A stretch of 64,000 nt of DNA from a virus, in the IMG/VR virus record IMGVR_UViG_3300042894_007649, positions 17,624 through 81,623 of that record. One strand, written 5' to 3'. Of this stretch, positions 9,218 to 18,445 are shown piece after piece (the first letter of the stretch is position 1; the number at the start of each line of letters is the position of its first letter). The notes beneath the pieces are model-generated. The model did not search any database. It was not told the origin of the DNA and worked only from the letters and a program-made list of their open reading frames with translations. Made by a program: the position numbers and the translations under genes.

Positions 9218-9892
9218 TTATGTGATTATTTTTAGTTCTTCTTGTGACATTTGAAATGGATGGATTAATTCATAGAGTTCTTTTACTGCTAGTTTTATTG
9301 ATTTGGTGTTATCGATAGGTGCTGGTTTGATCCAATAGTCTTTTTCGACGCTCATATATTTTTTTATTTCTTTCATTACTTCTGGTTCGATGTCATCGAA
9401 TTGCATTTCGTAGTTGTTGTTCCATAGTATTAAGCCTGACAGGTGATCGATTACATCGAACCATTTTTTTTTATTATTTGGGTTGAATTCAATTTTTTCT
9501 TCGCATATTTCGTGATAAATTTTTAATATAGTTTCTCTTATTTCGTTTGTATTGTTTAGTTTTATTTCGTTTATGATTTCATCATTGATTGAGTCGAATA
9601 TAGCTTTTACTGTTGCTTCGTTCCATGCGTATTGTTTTGGTGGTTTATTTATTGAGAACATATCGTTGCATACGTTGTGTATGGCGACGATTTTTTGTGT
9701 ATCTGGCATAGAGAGGAATACGCTTGGTGCATTGCCGCAAAATTCTTTATCATTTTCTATAAGGTTTTGGAATGCTTTTATTGGGTTAATTTTTTCGTTG
9801 CAAATTTTTTGAGTTATTGATTTGACTCCGATCATGATTAATTGTTTATTTGTTCCTGATATTTGTTTGATTCCTAGAGGTGTGTTCCACAT
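9218..9892 (-). CDS. hypothetical protein
   Basis: 224-aa ORF with AAGGA Shine-Dalgarno upstream. Confidence 0.7.
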   Translation of the reverse strand: MWNTPLGIKQISGTNKQLIMIGVKSITQKICNEKINPIKAFQNLIENDKEFCGNAPSVFLSMPDTQKIVAIHNVCNDMFSINKPPKQYAWNEATVKAIFDSINDEIINEIKLNNTNEIRETILKIYHEICEEKIEFNPNNKKKWFDVIDHLSGLILWNNNYEMQFDDIEPEVMKEIKKYMSVEKDYWIKPAPIDNTKSIKLAVKELYELIHPFQMSQEELKIIT

Positions 9893-9997
9893 TTGCTTAT
9901 CCTTCTGGTTTAGAAGATTTTAAGCGATTTTTATTGTGGAAGCAATATGGATTTGTTGTAGGTTGAGAAAATTATTTAATAGTGGTGGCGATAATGC

Positions 9998-10037
9998 AAC
10001 AAAAAGGGACATGTTTTTAGGCATGTCCCTTTTTGTT
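9998..10037 (-). terminator. intrinsic terminator downstream of metK (bidirectional geometry)
   Basis: AACAAAAAGGGACATG-loop-CATGTCCCTTTTTGTT. Confidence 0.85.
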
Positions 10038-10046
10038 TGGTTAGTT

Positions 10047-11174
10047 TTAGTTGATTTTCAGGTTAATCAATTCCCAAGGGAACTGATCTCTTCCGAAGTG
10101 ACCTCCTGTTGCCGTAGCCGAGTAGATAGGACGGCGAAGTTGGAATCGTTCGATAATGGCCTTGGGGCTGAGTGGCACATTATTTTGAACTAGTTTGGTC
10201 AATTTGGCATCGTCTCCTGTTCCGAAGGTTTGGACACGGACTGAGACTGGTTCTGCCACTCCGATTGCGTAAGATATTTGGACTTGGCATCTTGTTGCAA
10301 GTCCTTGAGCGACGATATTTTTAGCCACATGACGTGCTGCGTAGGCTGCACTACGGTCAACCTTGGTTGGATCTTTACCGCTGAAGCTACCTCCTCCAAT
10401 TGGGCAATCTGCGCCGTAGTTATCGACTACGATTTTTCTGCCGCTTAGTCCTGTATCGGCTCCGGGTCCTCCGAATGTCCAAAGGCCTGCTGGGTTGTAA
10501 AGCCACTTCGTATTATTGGTGATATACCTTTCATATAATCCAGCAATCGAGGGACGAACTATTTTGTGCAAATAATCTTTTAGTTCAGAAAGATTATTGA
10601 ATGTTTCTTCTTTGTGTTGTGTTGAAACAAGCACTGTGTCGATGTATTTTGGTGTTCCGTTGTCATTATAGGCGATTGTCACCTGTGATTTTGCATCTGG
10701 AAGTAAGGCAGAGTCAGATGAAGTCCTATCTGTTTCAAGTGCATTGATAGCCTTGAATGAAAGGTGGTGAGCGAGAGGCATGAGAGAAGTTGTTTCATCA
10801 CATGCAAATCCGAACATAATTCCTTGGTCACCTGCACCGATATCGCCATTTTCTTTGGCTACGGCGTTGGCGATTTGATCTGATTGGGTGTTGATGAGAT
10901 TAAGCACTTTGACGGTGTTACCGTCATAGCTTGTATCAGGATGATTGTATCCGATTTCTTTGATCTTATTGCGGACGATAGAGTCGATATCAACAGACTT
11001 GCTGCTGCTTACTTCTCCAGTGACGAGAACGACTTTCTTACAGCATGTCACTTCACATGCGACACGTTGTGTTGGGTCAACTGTAAGGTATGCATCGAGA
11101 ACTGAGTCTGCGATCTGATCAGCGACTTTGTCTGGATGGCCTTTAGAAACTGCTTCGCTTGTCCAGAGATACAT
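10047..11174 (-). CDS. metK: S-adenosylmethionine synthetase
   Basis: TSEAVSKGHPDKVADQIAD, GAGDQGIMFG, DTGLSGRKIVVDNYG, GGGSFSGKDPTKVDRSAAY, GHFGR motifs. Confidence 0.97.
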   Translation of the reverse strand: MYLWTSEAVSKGHPDKVADQIADSVLDAYLTVDPTQRVACEVTCCKKVVLVTGEVSSSKSVDIDSIVRNKIKEIGYNHPDTSYDGNTVKVLNLINTQSDQIANAVAKENGDIGAGDQGIMFGFACDETTSLMPLAHHLSFKAINALETDRTSSDSALLPDAKSQVTIAYNDNGTPKYIDTVLVSTQHKEETFNNLSELKDYLHKIVRPSIAGLYERYITNNTKWLYNPAGLWTFGGPGADTGLSGRKIVVDNYGADCPIGGGSFSGKDPTKVDRSAAYAARHVAKNIVAQGLATRCQVQISYAIGVAEPVSVRVQTFGTGDDAKLTKLVQNNVPLSPKAIIERFQLRRPIYSATATGGHFGRDQFPWELINLKIN

Positions 11175-11230
11175 GATGTTACCCTCTTTTTGCGTCAGTT
11201 GATGACGTGCTTCTAAAAATGAACACTCAT

Positions 11231-11259
11231 ACCATAGATTAGTTTTTCTTGATTGTAAA
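11231..11259 (-). promoter_or_regulatory. sigma70-like promoter for metK
   Basis: TTTACA-17 nt-TATGGT on the minus strand. Confidence 0.45.
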
Positions 11260-11320
11260 GAAAAAATGTTTGGATTTATCTTTTTTTTTAAGTTTGTGTT
11301 TTTGGGTTCATAAATAGGTT

Positions 11321-11479
11321 ATGGGAAGTGATAAGGAAAAAGTAAAAATTCAATCTGTGAGTTGGTTGTTGGTATTTTTTTTAACACAAATAGCTAGCAC
11401 CGTTATTCAATATATTACTATTTATTTTTTAAGACCCATTTGGGATAATATTGTTAATTCTTGGGTTAAAAAGAAATAA
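11321..11479 (+). CDS. 52-aa single-TM membrane protein (not in ORF track)
   Basis: MGSDKEKVKIQSVSWLLVFFLTQIASTVIQYITIYFLRPIWDNIVNSWVKKK; CATAAATA-GGTT-ATG directly upstream. Confidence 0.6.
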   Translation: MGSDKEKVKIQSVSWLLVFFLTQIASTVIQYITIYFLRPIWDNIVNSWVKKK

Positions 11480-11521
11480 TTATATTTATAATGGTTAGTT
11501 TTTGATTAAAGGGAAAATTTA

Positions 11522-12163
11522 ATGTCAAACTATGAATCTTTGACTGCTAAAATTAAAGAATTATACAATGATCTTAATCAGGCAAGTATGTCTGAGAAGT
11601 TGCCTCCTAGTTATCGAAGCTTGCAAAACAGTATAGGTGATTTTATTCATGGTCGTGGAGAATTTAAAGCAGTAACACAGGATGATGCTGTTGGTGCAGG
11701 TGGTGCATTTAGTTTTGATGCTTTCAATAGGGGTGAATCTGGTCGAAAGTCTGTTCCAACATTTGTTAGACCAACTGCAATTGGAAAGTTTGGCACATCG
11801 TCGGATAGTTTTGAAATCAAAGAACCAAAAGAGGTTCGTCCAAAGGTTGTGAAGAAAAAAAATGCATCTGGTGAGATTGATCCTGCTGATCCTGCTGACA
11901 TTTATGCTAATGTATCAAGTAAAGCGAACAATAGGCTTCAAGGTGAAGTTTATGGTCGTAGCGGCACAGGTGAAGATGGAGACTTTACTAAATTTGAAAA
12001 TCCAACTGCTGCGAGAGAATATTTTATGCAGCATTTTTCAGGAAAGTCAGCAGACCATCTTCATTTTGCACGATTTTTGAGGGCATTCAAGCATAGGGAA
12101 AGAAATATGCAAGAATCGTTCATTGAAACATTGTGCAGATACAATAAAAAACATTGGTTATAA
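11522..12163 (+). CDS. hypothetical protein
   Basis: 213-aa ORF, AAGGG SD; C-terminal QESFIE resembles the internal leader-like motifs. Confidence 0.7.
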   Translation: MSNYESLTAKIKELYNDLNQASMSEKLPPSYRSLQNSIGDFIHGRGEFKAVTQDDAVGAGGAFSFDAFNRGESGRKSVPTFVRPTAIGKFGTSSDSFEIKEPKEVRPKVVKKKNASGEIDPADPADIYANVSSKANNRLQGEVYGRSGTGEDGDFTKFENPTAAREYFMQHFSGKSADHLHFARFLRAFKHRERNMQESFIETLCRYNKKHWL

Positions 12164-12778
12164 TACTTCGGCAATTTCTTCTGGTTTTAAAGAAGTGGCA
12201 ATTCTTGCTATTTTGACGAGATCGATTCGATCATTTTCTGGGCTATCGTAGTAAGTACGATGTGCTGCATTAGCTGCAAACATATTGGCATCTACTGTTA
12301 TTGCCATGATACAAGATATAGCTGGACCAACGTATCCATCTTCTTCTTTTGTTGATACAATTTCAATTTTTTCAAGTTGTTGTCGCACAAGATCGGCTGT
12401 TTCTTTTGTTTTATTGTTTCCGAGCAAATAGTTTTTGGCCCACATTTTGAATGCTGTGTTATTGACTAAATGTGTGGCACATAATATAGCAAATGATATT
12501 CTTTGTTCATTTGTTGGTGCTTTTACATCTAATTTTTCGATAGAGGTAATTTTTCGACATTCGTAGCGAAGTCCGAAATTATTGGTTATTTCACCTTCAG
12601 CTGTCCAAATGCATGGGTTGTTATATCCTTCGTATGCTGGATTAAGTAGGTGTGCCAATATTGGATCAGTATAAGTGCTGAATAAATAATTTGGGTTATT
12701 TTGTTCATGGGTTATATTTTCGCTCCATTGGATATTGCCCCATGTTTTGTTTTCACCATCAGTAATTAGGTATTGCAT
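12158..12778 (-). CDS. hypothetical protein (start likely ATG 12778)
   Basis: GGAG SD precedes MQYLITDG. Confidence 0.7.
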   Translation of the reverse strand: MQYLITDGENKTWGNIQWSENITHEQNNPNYLFSTYTDPILAHLLNPAYEGYNNPCIWTAEGEITNNFGLRYECRKITSIEKLDVKAPTNEQRISFAILCATHLVNNTAFKMWAKNYLLGNNKTKETADLVRQQLEKIEIVSTKEEDGYVGPAISCIMAITVDANMFAANAAHRTYYDSPENDRIDLVKIARIATSLKPEEIAEVL

Positions 12779-13394
12779 GTTATTCTCCAAAACAATTAGA
12801 GTTATATTTTTTACAGTTTCATTTTTATTTGTTTTAGTATGTTACAAAAATTTCCAAACAATTCATCCGTCTTATTTTATGAATAATTTTATGGATTTAT
12901 TACAACAGCCTGATGATATAACTTGCGGTCCAACTTCAGCTGTTATGTTGATGAGATTTTATGGTATTAATTCTAGTATTAGTGATGTTAAGAAAAACAC
13001 TAGAACTGTTTGGTATTCTTATGATGGCAAAGACATTGGCATGACAGCGCCTGAGATGATTAGAATTTCTTTGATTAGTTATGGATTGAATGCTAAGTTA
13101 AACACTGGAAACATGCGTGATTTGAAGAATAAAGTTTCTTTAGGAAAACCTTGTATTGTATTGGTTAGGAGTTGGGAGTGGGGTTGGCATTATGTGGTTG
13201 TATTTGGTTATGGTGATGGTGTTATTTATTTTGCCAATCCGAGTGATGGAGAAGTTGATGCTCTTTCTTACAATGAATTTTTTAGAGCTTGGGATTGGGG
13301 TGGTGATTTGCAAGGAAGAAAGTGTAGTTGGTGGCAAGCTTTTTGGTTAAGGTCTATTGAAATTTATCCTTGTTCTTATGTTTATATTGATTGA
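12735..13394 (+). CDS. C39-like cysteine peptidase (true start uncertain, downstream of 12735)
   Basis: QQPDDITCGPTS, GKPCIVLV, WHYVVVFGY, IYFANPS papain-like motifs. Confidence 0.8.
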   Translation: MPHVLFSPSVIRYCMLFSKTIRVIFFTVSFLFVLVCYKNFQTIHPSYFMNNFMDLLQQPDDITCGPTSAVMLMRFYGINSSISDVKKNTRTVWYSYDGKDIGMTAPEMIRISLISYGLNAKLNTGNMRDLKNKVSLGKPCIVLVRSWEWGWHYVVVFGYGDGVIYFANPSDGEVDALSYNEFFRAWDWGGDLQGRKCSWWQAFWLRSIEIYPCSYVYID

Positions 13395-13429
13395 CATATA
13401 TATAATTGTCAAATTTTTGAGGTAATCAG

Positions 13430-14350
13430 ATGAAATATTTGGCTGTTTTTCTTGTTGTTATTTTTGCTGTTATTTTTTTCTGGCCACAGTCGCCAGAAAA
13501 AGAAAAATTGGTTGAAAGAACATTTGAAGTATCGGATTTTAAAATATCAGATTCCAGTTGGAAAAAGTACAATCCTTTAAGAGAAGTTAGAGATCCTGCT
13601 CTTGGTGTTATTCTTGGTGACTTGGAGAGTCACATTGCGAAGGAACACAAATATTTTGATACAAATAAAATCACTTGGGCGCATCAAGTGTCTCATGGAA
13701 TAAATGCAAATTTAAGAAATAGAATTCAGGACAAAGAATTGTGCAATTGTTTTTATGTTTTGCGTGATCGATACATTAGTTTGCGTGAGCCTAATATTTC
13801 TATTAGAGACATTGCTTTAGAGGTTCCTGAAAAATTGCGTGGTCCTAGTTTTAACATGTATTTAGTTGATTCAATGGACAGATGGAATGATAAGCCTCTT
13901 TATATTTTTGATGAATGGGTTGCATTTACTAATGGTGCTGAAGTTGGCAAGGAGTTAAATTTTGAAGGTTGGTATTTTGAGTTATTTCAAGCTCATAATT
14001 TCAATGTTTACTGTTTGTATTTAGCTATGGTTGTGAATAGGGATGTTAGCAATTACAATGATATGGAAATGAAAAAGTTTTTACGCTGGAATATTGAGCG
14101 TGTTTTTATGATAAGTAATCCTAGTGATAGAGATGAAATTGACAAAGATATTTTGAAAAAAACAGTAAGCTTTAACAGTAATCATTTTTGTCCGCATTGT
14201 AGAATTGATGGATCTGGTTCTAAGTTCGATTTAAATCGCAGCAAAGAATACGTCAAAATGATTCGCAATTCTCCAGAAGCTGAAAAGCTACGACAATTTG
14301 CAAAAGAATATTTTGGTGAAGATTGGTGTAAAAAGACATATGGTTTTTAA
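13430..14350 (+). CDS. N-terminally anchored zincin-like protein with degenerate HQxxH site
   Basis: N-terminal TM/signal; TWAHQVSHGIN and YIFDEWVAF. Confidence 0.55.
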   Translation: MKYLAVFLVVIFAVIFFWPQSPEKEKLVERTFEVSDFKISDSSWKKYNPLREVRDPALGVILGDLESHIAKEHKYFDTNKITWAHQVSHGINANLRNRIQDKELCNCFYVLRDRYISLREPNISIRDIALEVPEKLRGPSFNMYLVDSMDRWNDKPLYIFDEWVAFTNGAEVGKELNFEGWYFELFQAHNFNVYCLYLAMVVNRDVSNYNDMEMKKFLRWNIERVFMISNPSDRDEIDKDILKKTVSFNSNHFCPHCRIDGSGSKFDLNRSKEYVKMIRNSPEAEKLRQFAKEYFGEDWCKKTYGF

Positions 14351-14375
14351 TCATATTGACAAATTAATCATTATT

Positions 14376-15860
14376 TCACTTTAATTTGATGATATTTTTA
14401 CCGTCAAATTTCCATTCAGGTGTTCCATCTGAACCGTAGAACATATGATCACTCTTATTGTAATAGTTGGTGGTAGGAAGGTTTCCGCCAAACTGAGAAG
14501 TATCTGTTCCATGAGGTAAAGAACTCATTTTCAGGCTATGATTATTTCCTCCAAAAGCACGTTTGATTGCACTGAATAAACTTCTTGTTTCAGCTTTGTC
14601 TTGGAGGTCGGCAAGTGATCTTCCAAATCTATCATAACCAGTTGGTCTGTCGGCAGCATTTTTAATTTCATCGGCAAGTCTTTGCTTATCAATATCACTA
14701 TCAGGAATGAACTTATGACGGTGATCTATTGGAGGTTCGTTTCCAGTTTCATTGTCTATTCTTCCAGATTGAAAACCATGAACTGGTCCCGGTGATGGTG
14801 GTCCTTCTTGTGCTTGGTCAAAGTCGCCAGATGATTCGCTACCATCTGAAAAGTCGCCTGATCCTTTTTCAAGAGCTATATTGCTAACAGTGTTATGAAT
14901 TTCTTCTGCTGGCACATTTGCAATTACTGATGCTATTTTATCTGATACAGCTTGAACAAGATCATGGGAAATTTTTCCAACAAAGCCACCTGTGGCCATA
15001 GACACTCCAACTATTGCGGCCATTTTAACTGCTTCTCGTGGATTTTTAGTTATAAATTGAAAAATTTCACCAATACGATCTTTAAGTGCAACTAAAAGAT
15101 TTTTGAAGAAACCATAAACGCCGCCAGTCATTCTTCCTAAGAATTTACCAGCACCTTCCCAACTTTCATCTATTTCAAGCCATTCTTTAAAAGAAATATG
15201 TTCTATTTCTAGTTTTTGATTAGAAAAAGTAGTTCCTGTTAAGTTTTTTCCATATCCAGTTGTTGCTGCAAAATTATCAACACTTACAGGTTTTTGAGGA
15301 AATGTTTTAACTTGAGTTGGACTAGCCATTGGACTTGGACTAGCCATTGGACTTGGACTAGCCATTGGACTTGGAGTTCCAGTTACTGGAGTTGGACCCG
15401 CCATTGGAGTTGTTGGAGGTGTTTTTTGATTAGCGGGAATATTAGCATTTTTATTATTTCCTGCTGCTAGATCAAAAGACATGTCAACTAATCCTCCGAC
15501 TCCTTTGCTAATTGCTAGATTTAAATATTTTCTAGAAAAATACATAGCTGCTATCATTGGCATAGCGGAAGCGCCGCCAGAAGCTCCTGCCATAACTAGA
15601 GCCAATGTTACAGGCAAAGACAATCCAGTATTTTTGCTTAAATAATCAGCTAAACCTTTTGTTTTTTGTATTAATAATTGAGCAGCACCTTCTAAATGAT
15701 CAAAACTTTTTCCTCCAAATTCAGATCCTTGATCGAAACCTTGTCCAAATCCAGTAAAAAATTTAGAAAAAGATTCATCATACATTTCTTCAAAATCATC
15801 TGAAATATTTCTTTTATAATATAAGTCTAATGTATCCATACAATTATTTATAGATGCCAT
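14376..15860 (-). CDS. membrane-inserting protein, paralog of 1616..2953
   Basis: LSLPVTLALVMAGASGGASAMPMIAAMYFSRKY aligns with the 1616 gene; internal ISFKEWLEIDE; SPSPMA 18-bp repeats at about 15319-15372. Confidence 0.7.
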   Translation of the reverse strand: MASINNCMDTLDLYYKRNISDDFEEMYDESFSKFFTGFGQGFDQGSEFGGKSFDHLEGAAQLLIQKTKGLADYLSKNTGLSLPVTLALVMAGASGGASAMPMIAAMYFSRKYLNLAISKGVGGLVDMSFDLAAGNNKNANIPANQKTPPTTPMAGPTPVTGTPSPMASPSPMASPSPMASPTQVKTFPQKPVSVDNFAATTGYGKNLTGTTFSNQKLEIEHISFKEWLEIDESWEGAGKFLGRMTGGVYGFFKNLLVALKDRIGEIFQFITKNPREAVKMAAIVGVSMATGGFVGKISHDLVQAVSDKIASVIANVPAEEIHNTVSNIALEKGSGDFSDGSESSGDFDQAQEGPPSPGPVHGFQSGRIDNETGNEPPIDHRHKFIPDSDIDKQRLADEIKNAADRPTGYDRFGRSLADLQDKAETRSLFSAIKRAFGGNNHSLKMSSLPHGTDTSQFGGNLPTTNYYNKSDHMFYGSDGTPEWKFDGKNIIKLK

Positions 15861-15906
15861 TAAACTTTTAACAAAGAAAATTGTTTTTTAATATGCTATT
15901 TTTTCA

Positions 15907-16827
15907 ATGGATTTATTCACCATGAAAGTGCTTTATATTTTAAATGAGTCTTCATTTTATATGAAAATGGCACTTTTCAGCATTTCCACCTTGAGAAAAT
16001 ATAATGACAGCATTCCAATAGAAGTTCTTTATATTTGCGATAATGGAAGAGACAATCGTTCAATTGGATATCTTAATTATTCTGAATTCAATATTGAAAG
16101 TTTAGATAAAATTTCATTTTTCAAAAAATGCAAAAAATTTAATGTTAAATTAATTGTTGTTGATGATATTGATCTCCATGATGAAAATGGATATCATCCA
16201 GTTCAAAGAAAAGAATTTGTTAGGATTGCAGATGATAAGATACTTTTATTAGATGCTGATACATTTATTTTTGGTGATGTATCATGCATGTTTGATTCTT
16301 TAAATAATTATGACATGGTGATGGACAAGAATGAATGGGGTCATTTTGGTGGCAAGTTCCCTTATCATGGACAAATGATAAGTCCATTTAATTCTGGTGT
16401 CGTTTTATTTAACAATGGTATATTACAAGAATATGGCCGTCAGGTTTACGATCTTTCTATGAAAGTGAAAGGAAACGATCATCCAGTTGGTAATTGGCTG
16501 GATAAATATCAAAAATATGAGGGATCAAAAGGAAAGTTAGGTCGTGAAGAAATTGCATTTACATTATTTGTTTATGACAATAAAATTAATTTTCGCTATT
16601 CAAATCCAAAAGAAATACAAACTTCAAAATGCTTTTGTAAGACAATGATACATCATACTCATACTCAAAATTACATTAAGTATTGGAGAAAATATTTCAA
16701 GAGTGGTGTATTCAAACCTTATTTGAATTTAAAATATAAATTATTTTCTCAGAAAGGTAAATATACTAGAAGATCAACAATTAATGGGCTAAAAAATGAA
16801 AAAGAAAAAATTAAAGATGTATCCTGA
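15907..16827 (+). CDS. GT-A fold glycosyltransferase (GT8-like)
   Basis: ILLLDADTFIFGDV (DxD) and FNSGVVLF. Confidence 0.75.
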   Translation: MDLFTMKVLYILNESSFYMKMALFSISTLRKYNDSIPIEVLYICDNGRDNRSIGYLNYSEFNIESLDKISFFKKCKKFNVKLIVVDDIDLHDENGYHPVQRKEFVRIADDKILLLDADTFIFGDVSCMFDSLNNYDMVMDKNEWGHFGGKFPYHGQMISPFNSGVVLFNNGILQEYGRQVYDLSMKVKGNDHPVGNWLDKYQKYEGSKGKLGREEIAFTLFVYDNKINFRYSNPKEIQTSKCFCKTMIHHTHTQNYIKYWRKYFKSGVFKPYLNLKYKLFSQKGKYTRRSTINGLKNEKEKIKDVS

Positions 16828-16957
16828 CAAGACTATTCCGATGAAATTTCATGATCCTGTTGCTCCCATGCCAATGTGTGGAGAGGGTTACATTGGCTTT
16901 CAAGAATGGTTAATTAAAAAAGAAAAGAAACATTCCGCTAAAAAGAAAAGACATTGA
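16796..16957 (+). CDS. 53-aa very basic protein (not in ORF track)
   Basis: MKKKKLKMYPDKTIPMKFHDPVAPMPMCGEGYIGFQEWLIKKEKKHSAKKKRH; TAAATA near 16758; followed by a terminator. Confidence 0.5.
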   Translation: MKKKKLKMYPDKTIPMKFHDPVAPMPMCGEGYIGFQEWLIKKEKKHSAKKKRH

Positions 16958-16963
16958 GGAGCA

Positions 16964-16995
16964 AACTAAGCACATCGGTCGATGTGCGTTAGTTT
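16964..16995. terminator. hairpin between convergent genes, probable bidirectional terminator
   Basis: AAACTAAGCACATCG-GT-CGATGTGCGTTAGTTT. Confidence 0.65.
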
Positions 16996-18445
16996 AATAT
17001 TGACTGTTTAATTGTTTAAGATAGTTTTTATTTATTTCTTCATCAGAAAGAATAGGTTCTGATACTTTTTCACTTATGGCTTTAAGTTTTTCTCCTGCAT
17101 TTTTGATTAATGCTGTTAGTCCAAAGTGTTTTGGTTCCAATTCAATTAGTTCATTGTATGTGACCCATCTATCTTTTCCTGTTGTTTCCCATTCACTATC
17201 TTTTTGTGCTTGCGGGTTAAATTCTTCCCTTACAATTCCAAGGAAATTATAATAGTGAAAATCACAAACATCGTCTTTGTATATGAATAAATTTTCTAAT
17301 TTAATTGAACCAGAAAAACCTGACTCTTCTTCTAATTCTTTTGTTGCATGAATTTTAAATGCTTCTGGTGTTTGAAGAAGTTCTTCGTGAGATTTAATTC
17401 CAAAATTGACCAAATCTCTAAACAATATACCTCCTCCAAATATTCCATATGTATTTGGTTGCATAACTTGTGCGCTTCTGAGATTTGGAAGAAATCTTTT
17501 TGTTTTTTCGCAAAAAGGCAAAATGCCTGCTCCAGAAATTCCCCAATATTTTCTTTTGCATTCTTCTGGTATTTCTTTTATTTCTTTTGGTATAGTTTCA
17601 TCAACCCAATCATCACCCTTTAGAACAAGTATTTGTTTTACTTTTAGCGGTTTTTCTCCTGTATATTTAATGGTTAAACTTTTTTTGCCGTAGTTTGTAT
17701 TAAACCACCAAGCCTCTAGTTTATGGTGCAATGTTGGATTTGCGTCTTGATGCAATTGATAAAGACGGGAAATATTAGGAGCCCCATCCATATCTGCATC
17801 TCCTTCAAGACCAATTCTCAATTTTGGTATTCTTTGCTTATTTTCTGGATCATCAGTAATTGGATTAAAAGATACTTGTTTATCATCAAAAGTTGGATTT
17901 GATAAATCGTATCCTTGTATGGTGCCTTGGCGTTTAACTTTCATATCACGAAGAACATCATCAGTTCTAAAATCTCTTTGAAAGTATTCTTTTGTTTTTG
18001 GTTTATAATAAGCTTTTCCTAGTTTTTTTAGTTTTTCTATATTACCGGGATGTTTTATCAATTGGATAATTGGACTTTGTGCATTTTTTTCAGAGGAAAC
18101 TTTTTCAATTTCGATATCATAATCCCATTCATTAAAATCAATTTGTGGAACTTCAACCACTACTACCATTGGACTTCCATCACTTGATCCAGATATCGCC
18201 ATATCTCTGTGACTTCTACCTTTTGCGTGTTTTTTTGCATCATCAATTCCATTTGGATCAGTCCTGACAAAAAATCCTCCTCCTTGTCCATGTCCATGTC
18301 CTAAAGGAAGTGCTCCATCTCTCTGAAACGATTTAAGGTATGAGTCCTTTGGACCAGTTGTTGCTCCGTGGTATAACAGGAATGGTCCTTGAACAATAGA
18401 TGTAAGTTCTTCTGCAAATAACCATTCACGAAATGAAATATTCAT
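16994..18445 (-). CDS. ADP-ribosyltransferase-like plus Nudix hydrolase fusion, with leader (start ATG 18445)
   Basis: MNISFREWLFAEE; LLYHGAT...GHGQGGGFFV; C-terminal GAGILP...LRS...PNTYGIFGGG...ATKELEEESGF Nudix box. Confidence 0.7.
   Translation of the reverse strand: MNISFREWLFAEELTSIVQGPFLLYHGATTGPKDSYLKSFQRDGALPLGHGHGQGGGFFVRTDPNGIDDAKKHAKGRSHRDMAISGSSDGSPMVVVVEVPQIDFNEWDYDIEIEKVSSEKNAQSPIIQLIKHPGNIEKLKKLGKAYYKPKTKEYFQRDFRTDDVLRDMKVKRQGTIQGYDLSNPTFDDKQVSFNPITDDPENKQRIPKLRIGLEGDADMDGAPNISRLYQLHQDANPTLHHKLEAWWFNTNYGKKSLTIKYTGEKPLKVKQILVLKGDDWVDETIPKEIKEIPEECKRKYWGISGAGILPFCEKTKRFLPNLRSAQVMQPNTYGIFGGGILFRDLVNFGIKSHEELLQTPEAFKIHATKELEEESGFSGSIKLENLFIYKDDVCDFHYYNFLGIVREEFNPQAQKDSEWETTGKDRWVTYNELIELEPKHFGLTALIKNAGEKLKAISEKVSEPILSDEEINKNYLKQLNSQY

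Noticed and set aside
9936-11105. Small ORFs overlapping metK (9936+, 10199-, 10884+)
   Set aside because: Shadows of a well-conserved gene
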